Positions 1 through 9,672 of a DNA stretch of 64,000 nt are shown piece after piece. Within the stretch, counting starts at the first letter, position 1; each line of letters opens with the position of its first letter. The position numbers were made by a program, and so were the translations under genes. Below the pieces are notes generated by a model, which did no database searches, was not told where the DNA came from, and saw nothing but the letters and a program-made list of their open reading frames with translations. This stretch comes from Selaginella moellendorffii. Taxonomy: Eukaryota > Plantae > Lycopodiophyta. The stretch is from contig NW_003314278.1 of assembly GCF_000143415.4 (NCBI RefSeq), positions 1,996,362 to 2,060,361 of the forward strand. Direction: 5' to 3'.

Positions 1-172
1 AGGCGAGTCGAGCTTGATCCAGGCACCCGCACTGCGCATACATGGCGACGAGGAGATTCCCAATGAGAGTATCGCGATCGGCGCCATCTCTCTTAAGCTG
101 CGAGTGGAGGCGCTTGCCCTCGAGCAGTGCCCTGCTAGCAGCATACTGGCGAAGAAGAGAGGCGGCATTCAT
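1..172 (-). CDS. 5' end of a PLS-class PPR protein (runs off the window)
   Basis: Hand translation from ATG 172: MNAASLLRQYAASRALLEGKRLHSQLKRDGADRDTLIGNLLVAMYAQCGCLDQARLA, a typical L/S PPR start (GxxLH...GNLLVxMYxxCG). Not in the ORF track. Confidence 0.85.
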   Translation of the reverse strand, partial: MNAASLLRQYAASRALLEGKRLHSQLKRDGADRDTLIGNLLVAMYAQCGCLDQARLA

Positions 173-182
173 TAATCGCCAT

Positions 183-197
183 TAGGGTTTAGGGTTT
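183..197. promoter_or_regulatory. Tandem telo-boxes (TAGGGTTTAGGGTTT) between divergent PPR and Deg genes
   Basis: Two overlapping AAACCCTA motifs on the minus strand. Confidence 0.6.
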
Positions 198-232
198 ATT
201 CGTTCTTGCCATGGCGATCTAGCGAGATCACA

Positions 233-2296
233 ATGGCGCTGTTTAGATCGCTAGGTAGAGTCTCTCGGGCAGCGGCTGCGCGGTTCTCCAAAAACAGCGT
301 TAGATCGTGTAGCTCGCAGGCTCCTCCCCTGATTTTAGGAAGTAGGAGATTTTGCGATGCTCTGGGGCGGCCGAGCGGCAGCCGGCATTCGTGCCGGCAT
401 TTTTGTAGCGCGGTGCCGCCGATTTTTCTGGAGGACTTGGATGTTGAGAGGAGAGATCCCCAGGGTGGATTGGACGCTGCCCTCAACAGTGTCGTCAAGA
501 TTTTCACGGTGTCGAGCAGCCCGAACTACGTCTTGCCTTGGCAGAAGAAGCCACTCCGCGAACTCACTGGCTCCGGTATGATTTTCTTCTTCTCTTTCGA
601 TTTTTCCTGGAGTGAACTCTTTTGCTTTTCCAGGATTTGCGATCTCTGACAGGAGAATTCTTACGAATGCACACGTCGTTGCGGATCATAGCTATGTCAT
701 GGTCCGCAAGCATGGATCGGCTGTCAAGTTTCGTGCCAAAGTTCAAGCTGTTGGACACGAGTGTGATCTAGCGCTGCTCCGGGTTGACGATGATGATTTT
801 TGGGAAGGGATTGAGCCGCTTGAGCTGGGTGATATCCCATTCTTGCAAGACTCAGTCGCTACCGTGGGCTATCCTCAAGGTGAAAGAAAAGTTTTTCTCT
901 ACCCGTGTTGTAGTTTAAGCTGACTCCTCCTTGTTTTCAGGTGGCGATAATATTTGTGTGACTAGAGGCGTGGTTTCAAGAGTCGAGCCCGTGCAGTACA
1001 TCCACGGTGGATCTCATCTGATAGCTATACAAATTGATGCTGCTGTTAATCCAGGAAACAGTGGCGGTCCGGCTATGTATAATAATACAGTCGTTGGAGT
1101 TGTGTTCCAAAATCTTTCCAATGCTGAAAACGTTGGGTAAGGAAGCTGAAATTGTTTTTCTTCTTTGTCTCGAGCTTGTGCTTTTATACAGATATATTAT
1201 TCCCGTGCCAGTCATCAAGCACTTTCTGAGCGATGTAGAAGAAAGGGGACGATACATAGGCTTTTGCGGCTTAGGACTTGTGTGCCAATCAACTGAAAAC
1301 AAGCAGCTGAGGGATCACTTGAAGATGGATTCGAAAAAAACCGGTGTGCTTGTGAGCAAGGTGTACCCTCTGACGGAGGTGAGCAACTACATAAAAAAGG
1401 ACGACGTCTTGCTTGCCTTTGATGGTGTCCTTATCGCAAATGATGGCTCAGGTATGTTTCTGCGGCGTCTTTCCTTTCTAACGGTGAATCATTTTGCAGT
1501 TACTTTTCGAAACAGGGAGAGAATCTCTTTTGTTCACTTAGTGACCATGAAAAGAGAAGGCGAGTCGGCCGCTTTACGAGTTTTGAGAGATGGAAAGGAG
1601 ATCAACTTTAACGTTAAGCTCGCTCCGGTAGTATTTATTGTTAGTATCACTGCCGAGAACTAACGTTGTGTGTGTTCCTTTCAAGGTGAAACCTTTGGTA
1701 CCAAATCACCAGTTCGAGCGCCTTCCAAGTTATTACATATTTGCCGGTCTGGTCTTTGTGCCACTTACATTACCATACTTGCACGAATATGGTGACGATT
1801 GGTACAACGCTTCACCCAGACGGCTTTGTGATCGGACCTTCTCCAAGATGCCGAAAAAACCAGGAGAACAGTTCGTCATCATGTCACAAGTAAGCTACCA
1901 AAACTCTTATTGTTGACGATACAAAAAAACTCTGTTCATAGGTACTCATCGATGACATCAATGCGGGGTACGAGCGGCTTGCTGAGCTCCAGGTACATTT
2001 CTGGATTCTAGTATGTTATGGAGACCATTTTGTTTATGCAGGTGAAACAAGTCAATGGCGAGAAGATTGTGAATCTTCAGCACCTCAGGCGCCTTGTCGA
2101 AGGGTGCAAGGAGCCTTACATTCGGTTTGATTTGGATGATGGACGGGTTATCGTGCTAAAGTATGAATCCGCGAAGGAGGCCTCGTTGCGCATTTTGCAG
2201 AACCACCGAATATCGTCACCGGTGTCCACGGACCTCTTGGAAGCAGATAAAGAGGAGGAATCAAGCGACGATGCTGAGCAGGAAGGGACCTTGTGA
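233..2296 (+). CDS. Deg/HtrA serine protease, Deg10-like, probably mitochondrial (multi-exon)
   Basis: Catalytic triad motifs TNAHVV, CDLALL and GNSGG; PDZ-region motifs ([13 protein letters not shown]); Arg/Ser-rich presequence from MALFRSLGR; short GT-AG introns. Confidence 0.9.
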
Positions 2297-2543
2297 TAAG
2301 CGTCCTGTCTTTTCGAGGTGCAATGCACGATTTTTGTTTCTTTTCACAGTTCGATTCTTCCGCACTGCGACCCACTCTGTAAAGGAGGAGGATTCGCAAG
2401 AGTTTGTCCAGTGGATTTCTCACAGGCTAAGCAGGAATTTTGCTGATCCCGTCCTGGTACGTCTTTGAACAAGGAATAAAGAAAATAAAAAAATGTAACT
2501 TCGCTTTTTCTACAGGAATTTACAAAAGTGTGTTGCACCACCT

Positions 2544-3782
2544 CTAAAAGATGATTCCGGCTGTGGCTGCTCCCCGGGGTATTGACGGAAGCTCGTCCTT
2601 TCGTCCTAGCCTGTGCACAACCTTCTGGTGAAACAGCTCTCCATCCTCTCGGAGCTCCACCGGCATCCTCAGCGTTCTCTGGATCGTGTCCTGGACATCG
2701 GTGTAGTACCCGGCACAGCCCCTGTACATCTCGAAGATCATTCCCAGCTGCATGTCGTGCGAGACACATCCGGCGAAGAATGCCCCGATGCTCAGCAGCG
2801 AGGCCGGTATGGGATGAGAGTTCGCAAGGTTGGCGATCCCAGCGAGCAAAGCCATGGCCGGACCAGCGATGGCGAGTCCCTTGTTCACGCTCAAGATGAT
2901 CCGACACATCTTCAAGTAGTTCTCCACGTCCTTGTCCAGGAGGCTGGAGACACGCAGCAAGTCCTCCTCGATCTTCCGGCTCCAGCCATTCGAACTGGAC
3001 GTCTCGGAGGCGACGCGGATGATCGGGGCGGAGGGGTCGTAGCTTGTCCCGGAAGGTGAGGGGGAGATCTTCTCCGGGAACTTTGGAAGGCCGCCGGGGG
3101 TGAGGGGGAGGGGATAGGCCTGGTCCAGGGCGTGGAACTTTGAGATCCTGTCCTGGAAGAAGAGCCTCGAGTCCTCCCGGAGGGACGGGGAGATGGCCAG
3201 CGTGGAGTCGATCTCCTGGAAGAGGTTAGCGAACTGGCGTGCCGCGGTGCGCTGCTCCTCGGCAAGCTGCGATGGCTGGAACTTGTTCACGGCGGCCATG
3301 ACGAGAGCTGCGAAGACGTCGAGGAGCCCCGCCGAGAGCGCCAGGCTGAGGCCGTGAATGGAAGATCCGTTTAGAGCGGAGAGGACGCCCGCGGTCACCG
3401 TTGCCAGGCGGAGGCTGCCTTGGAAGAGCTTGTTCCAGTCGTCTCGCTGCTGGGCGATGATGGAGTGCATCTCCTTGCGGTCAGAGATGGAGGCCTGGAG
3501 GATTCGGAGCTTGGCGAGGAGCTTCTGGTTCTCGAGCATCGCGGATTCGTCGAGCCAGCCCTTGAAGACGTCGGCTGCTGGCTGGACTCTCTCCACGGCG
3601 GGCGAGAGCTTCACTGCATTGATCTTTGCGGAGGAGCAAACTTGGGACGGACCCGTTGACACTGCTGACTGAGGAGGAGTTTTGATCCTTGAGAGTGGCG
3701 AAAAGCCATAGCTTTCTCCTCCTCCAACAGCCTTCATCCCCATGGCTTGGGCGCTGATGTTAATCTGCGAGGACATCGCCAT
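2544..3782 (-). CDS. At4g22030-like / petal-formation-expressed family protein (single exon)
   Basis: 412-aa ORF with family motifs RKEMH..IAQQRDDWNKL, NKFQPSQLAEEQR, LDQAYPLPL and GMIFEMYR. Confidence 0.8.
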   Translation of the reverse strand: MAMSSQINISAQAMGMKAVGGGESYGFSPLSRIKTPPQSAVSTGPSQVCSSAKINAVKLSPAVERVQPAADVFKGWLDESAMLENQKLLAKLRILQASISDRKEMHSIIAQQRDDWNKLFQGSLRLATVTAGVLSALNGSSIHGLSLALSAGLLDVFAALVMAAVNKFQPSQLAEEQRTAARQFANLFQEIDSTLAISPSLREDSRLFFQDRISKFHALDQAYPLPLTPGGLPKFPEKISPSPSGTSYDPSAPIIRVASETSSSNGWSRKIEEDLLRVSSLLDKDVENYLKMCRIILSVNKGLAIAGPAMALLAGIANLANSHPIPASLLSIGAFFAGCVSHDMQLGMIFEMYRGCAGYYTDVQDTIQRTLRMPVELREDGELFHQKVVHRLGRKDELPSIPRGAATAGIIF

Positions 3783-4460
3783 AGCTCCAATGATTTACAG
3801 CTCTTGTCGAGGTATCTCGCAGAGGTGGAAGACAGCCTGGTGTGAGAGCGAGAGAAAATGGATGAAATGAGATATAATATGTGCCCCTAGAACAAGGGGA
3901 TAGCAGTTTTTATAGTCCGGAATGGAAGGAGCCGGCAATCGCGGCCGTCCAAAATGGATTCCGGAATGGAAGGCTTGCACTCCCGCGTGGACTGGGAATA
4001 GTGTTGACCGGAACAAGCGATGGCGATAGTCAACAAGAAGACCAAGCAAAGTTTAAAGGTTATAGTCAACAAAGGCAAAGACTAAGCACTTAGTAAAGCG
4101 TATTATTAGCTGTAGTAAGCTGAAAACTAAACAAAATTAATTGAAAGCATAGAATGTTATTACATTTAATGTCTAATATGTTACTTTTTCTTGGACAAAA
4201 CTAATGGTTCTATGGGTTTACAAAATTTTCTTGACCACTGTAGACCACTGTAACAATTACAAATTTTTCTTGACCACTGTAACAATTGCTCAACAGTGGG
4301 TCTGGAAAATATGCACATATGAATGTACAATAAATTCAAGAATAAGTAGTAGGCTATACAGCATATCCTTTGGCGTGGTTGACTTACAACGAAGGCGAAG
4401 ACCAGGTAAAAGCAAGCTTCTCTTATTAGTTTACAGTGTATCCTTTCCCGCGTGATTGAC

Positions 4461-5100
4461 TTAGAATTCCTCCACTTCCAAGGCATCCTTGAGAACTTCA
4501 TACACCTCTCTGGGTCGCGACTTCTTCATCCCCACCGAGAAGTAGACCTTGTCGCCGGGATGATCCGTGGGGACGGAGATGGCAGCCACCTTGACCCAGA
4601 TGAGAACTTTGGTCTTGATGCCCTCCACGTCCACGAGCTTGCCGTGCTGGAGAGTGGCGGTGACTGTGGCGGCGTACCTCAGAATGGACGAGTCCCGGAA
4701 GCAGCACTCGCAGATCCATGGGAGCATCACGGTGAGCTTGCCGGTGGCCTCGTCGAATTCGTAGTGCGTGGCGTTCTTGGGGAAGATCCCTCGCGGGAGA
4801 TTGTAGCTGTGGAGGAGATCGGGGAGAGGTGTTTGCATCCTTCCTGAGAGTGAGAGAAAATGGAATTTGTTAGTGTGACGAATGTGGATCGAACGGTACC
4901 TTTTAGGCGGTTGAAGAGAAGCTTGGCGCTCGTCTCTACGGTGGAAGATAGGGACTGTTGCAAGGGAGGTGTAAGGGAATCGAAAAAAGGACCTAGAATG
5001 CGGCAAACCATACATTGAAATCGTCGCCGATGGAGTTCATCTCCTTCTTTGCCCGCCGTGCCAGCAAGAAGCTACTCGCTTTGGAGAGCGCGCCCTCCAT
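4461..5100 (-). CDS. DUF538 family protein (3 exons)
   Basis: Exon 1 MEGALSKASSFLLARRAKKEMNSIGDDFN from ATG 5100; core LLHSYNLPRGIFPKNATHYEFDE...GIKTKVLIWVKV. Confidence 0.85.
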
Positions 5101-5191
5101 CTTCCTCTGCCCAAAGAACCCTAAGAAGCTTTGCCCTAAATGATAAATTCAAACACTATAGTACCAATTTAATCTACATTGCTTAGAAACT

Positions 5192-6584
5192 TTAGAGTCT
5201 CTTTTGGAAGAGCTTGTGTGAAACAAACCATTCCTCACCATTGTTGAAGTTGAACATTTCCGTCCCCAAGAGGAGGTTTGATCTAAAGCCTCCCAATCTC
5301 TTGCTTGCCTTGTCCTCTCCATAGGCCTTTGCAAACAAGGCGTGAACTTGGTCGAATTTGGCATCCAGATTTCTCATCCAGGCTTCACTGCAAAGTCCCA
5401 AGAGCGTGAAGCTATATAGAATCAATATGATTTCTAGATGGTTACCAAGATCTTCCTTGATGGGTTCCATTTACTCGCCAGTGATCGAGGATCACAAAAT
5501 CGTCCTGGAAATATAATGGCAATGCGTCTGCCAGCATCCTGTTGCCCGCTGTCTAGAGATTTTTACAAGCAGCAGAGATTTACGTAGTAAACTAGCAAAG
5601 AAACAAAAGGCTTTTGCGAGAATTACCGTGCGGTATGCGAATAGCTTGTGGCAAGGATGTTCCACGAAGAAGAGACCTCCTTCATTCATAAGATTGGAGA
5701 CTATCTTCATAAACTTTTGATAGTTTGTCATGTGCTGCGCAAAATTTCAACAAGTTAGAACATCAATGATGGAAGATTTAATATTATACCTCGAAAACGC
5801 CGATGCAGAAGATCCTGTCGAAATTCTGCGTGATTTTGGTGCTTGTTATGTCGCAATCAATCGCCTCAACGTTTACCAAGCCTCTTTTTCTACGATACAA
5901 AGAAAAACGAAGAGATCAACTGTGGCAACAGAAAAGAAAGAGGAGGAGACTGTTTGTTGAACCTGCATTCCTCTCGGATGTGCTCAGTTTGGACTCTTGA
6001 ATCGGCTATGGAAGTAATCTGGCATGAAGGAAACTTTTGCGCGATATACATAACCAGTCCGCCATAGCCGCCTCCAAGATCCAAGATACGCTGCCCGTCC
6101 TCGATTCGTGCTCTGTCGCAGCACAGCTTAAACATGGCTTCCTCGGCTTGCTCGTCCGTGAACGAAGGATCCTCGTACAACAAGCAGCTGAGCATTCAGT
6201 TTTGAGCATTCTAATTGTCATGAGATCTATGATCAGATCTTGGGTTCTTCTTACCTGTACTTGAGATGCTTTCCAAGCAGCAGTTTGAAGAAATCAACAT
6301 CATAGAGCTCGTCCCGGAAAGAGCCCCCTGCTTCCATGACGGGCATTTGCTTGGCATCTACAAAACAAGATGTGGCAAATCGATTGATTCGACTAGAATG
6401 AGAGGGAGAACTTACTCTGGACGAAATTAACAAGGCCCTGGAGCTGCTCTTCTGCAGAGAGTCCGTACAAGTAGCGCAGCTGCGATGCCACATCCCGGCG
6501 GATTAGCCTTCGCACTAGAAAATCTGGCAGCTTTTGTAGGACTGGGTGCAACACCCCGACAGGCTCGAGCACCAGCGTTTCCAT
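5192..6584 (-). CDS. SAM-dependent methyltransferase, coclaurine N-methyltransferase/CMAS-like (multi-exon)
   Basis: LPDFLVRRLIR, LGKHLKYSC, RARIEDGQRILDLGGGYG, FEHMTNY, DHWRVNGTH, FNNGEEWFVSH. Confidence 0.8.
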
Positions 6585-6699
6585 GATTCTCAATTCTCTC
6601 CGTTTGCTCTCCGCTTCAGTGAGTGGGGCAATGCTGACGCTACTCGCGCAGCGTAGAAAATATAAACTATTTTTTGAAAACAAAAGCATTGGTAATGAT

Positions 6700-9660
6700 T
6701 AACCTAATAAGCTAATCCAATTGATGGCTCGTACGTACTTACAATTTTTCTTGCCTCCTGATTCTCTTATGATGCCCATTATTTGCCAAAAAGGAAGCTT
6801 TTTCCTTTTTTTTTTATTTTTCCTATCTTGAACCAATATATATACAGTCCACTTGTGCTGCATGGGACATGGATGCAAACAAAAAGAATAAGAAAAAGCT
6901 TTGATATATTTTATGAAGACCCACTAAGCATTAAATTAATTCCTGTACTTTAGACAAACACTAATAGAGATATAATATAAATGGTGTTTTGAAGGCAATC
7001 AAATAAACATGGCTATAACAATTATTATAATAAATCAAGATATATATAAAAAAAAAGTTCAGCTTGTTAAGTATTGTACCAAATTTCATAAATTTGCAAT
7101 CCAATTTGCCATAACACACAATACAATCCCTTCCACTGAGTAAAAAGCCCCTTAAACAAATTATATATTATAAGATTGGGAAAATGAATTAACATTATAT
7201 CATCCATTTTATACTTTACAAGTGGATAATAATAAAAATTATAGTGCCATTGTTGTCCTACTTGTACACCCAAGTTTTCAACAACTCCATTTGAACCAAT
7301 GGAAGAATACTCATCAAATAATGATCTTAGAATTTTATCAATAACTCATAGCATCTCAAATGTAACCTCAAATGGTAATATCAGAGCGTTTTTATATAAA
7401 AAATTTATATGGTGAAGCACCAATATAACTCTATATCTCAATAACATATATGTACTAAAAGGATAACAAACTAATATAGAATAAAATTAATATAAAGTAA
7501 TATGAAACAAAGGGGAAAAACCTTAAAGCTATATTTAATATGATTGCACTATAACTAATTTATATAAAGGAAGGTCAAATGTTTAACTCAACATAATCTA
7601 TAATGATTGAAGCTCAAACTCAAGATCACATATATGGACAACTAAGTCTTCACTATTCCACATATATACATGTATACTATTGTTATTGCTACACATTGTT
7701 ATTTACAATTCTATCATGTAGTAGAGTTGGTCTTCATTCTTTATAAGCCAAATAATAAAAAATAAACTCAAACCTACATCAATTAACATAGAGAAAATAA
7801 TATTGTTATAAAAATGAGATTGAGAAGTAAATACTAACTGAATTTGTGCCAAATGAACCCCTTGATGGTACTTCCAAAAGAAAGATAAAATGATTACTAA
7901 TTTATTCAAGCAAGGATCTTCCACTACTCATCTGATTCTTTATTTCTTAAAAATACTTATTTATTAAAACCTTCTACTACAACAACACCAATGCCATAGC
8001 CATAATTATGTTTTCACCTTTGTCCTTCAACATGGGCAAGAATAGCATCACTCTTTATCAGAATATGAGTATTTTCCATGGGGAGTAGAGTTAAAGTATG
8101 TATAGTTATAAATGGGAAAGATAATGTTTCATAGCATTATATTAGTCAAATAATGCCATCAAAGGTGACTAAAGTAAGTGTATATACAACTCTTACAAGA
8201 TTTTGACAAAGCATTAGCCACAATATGCCTAAATTGATTTGCTTTAAAGATTTTGCTCCACATGAAGCAAGAAGCTTTAAAAGTGAACACCAAATTACAT
8301 AAATAACTTAAACAACCTTTCACAAAGATTATGCAATTGTTAAAAAGGCATTATCATAATCATTAGGATATTTGAATGGGTGCTTGAAGATATCCAATAG
8401 AAGACTCTAATTCACATAAATTGTTACACTTATACTACTATACCATTGCAATGCTGTTAATTGGAAATATGTGTAAACTTTGAATTTAGACTTCTTAAGA
8501 AATTATTCAGTTAATGTTTAACTCCAAATATCCTAAAACTCTTAATCAATTCAAAAAAAAAAGTGCACTTTTATTTATGGACCCTTGCCTTCTATATTTT
8601 AACCCTAATGAATTATAGGTAGCATTCATTATGAAGTGATCAAACCAATTATATATAATATGGAAAAAATTCAGATGGATGCAAGGATTAGCAACAAAGA
8701 TAAAGGAGATGCACCATATGCCATGAAATCTATTACCAATTGAGTCTGATTATTTAATTGCAACTGTATAACATTGAATAATTGCACCAATTGTTACTTC
8801 AAAATCAAAGAAGGAGGATATAATTAGTATGCTACTCTACTATGAAAATGAATAAAAAGAAGAAAAGTAAAAGAGAAGAAACAAATGTTCAAATCCTATT
8901 TCAATTGGTATAAAAGTGATGTCTATGTGTATTCATTTAGATGGGTTTTATAGGCTTTATCAGATTATAATAAGAGGTGCCCCTTAACTCTAACAATATG
9001 AACATATAGAATATTGAAATATGCATATTCAATTAGCTTTAAAACCCTAGCTTATATAGAAGAGTGATAATAGAAGAGTATTATCATATTAATAATAGTA
9101 TATTATCCCAGTTTGAATTAATGTTAACATTTAATTGAAAAACCTAGAAATAATTATGAAATAAAAAATTAAAAATAAAAATATGTTATAAATGTTGAAT
9201 GAAAAGTTAATATAAATACCAACTAATATTTTATATTCATTTATTTAATATTTTATCGGTCAATAATGAATTCAGATATAATAACTAAAAGTGGTAGGTA
9301 AATAAAACATTTGGTTAGATGAATATATCTAATCACAAATAGATACGTATTTAGTTTATAAAATCTATATATCACGTAATAATTTAAATAAATTTTATTA
9401 TTATATTTTGTTTCTACTTGATCAAAGATATAAAATATCCTCAAAAATACAAAAACTTTGCACAATAAATACTACAGCAAACTGAGTAATTTTATAGAAG
9501 TCACAAATCAGAAAAAAAAATTAGAATTAATAAGAACAAAATATTAGAGGTTTATTTTGTAATGGACAAAAATATAATCTGATTTTGATTATTAAACTAT
9601 CTTGTGTTGTTATATACTATCATATATTATTTTAATATAACTGCATTTTTGTAAATATAA
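6700..9660. other. AT-rich, CpG-poor island, probably decayed repeat DNA
   Basis: Abrupt compositional shift, no credible ORF, shares a repeat segment with 53.9 kb and 54.8 kb. Confidence 0.5.
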
Positions 9661-9672
9661 ATATGAGTAAAG

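Noticed and set aside
4218-4312. GACCACTGTA triplication with an inverted partner
   Set aside because: A small local duplication or palindrome in a 3' flank; no TSD or other evidence of function.
7067-9465. Short ORFs in the AT-rich island
   Set aside because: Compositionally random, with no motifs or splice structure.
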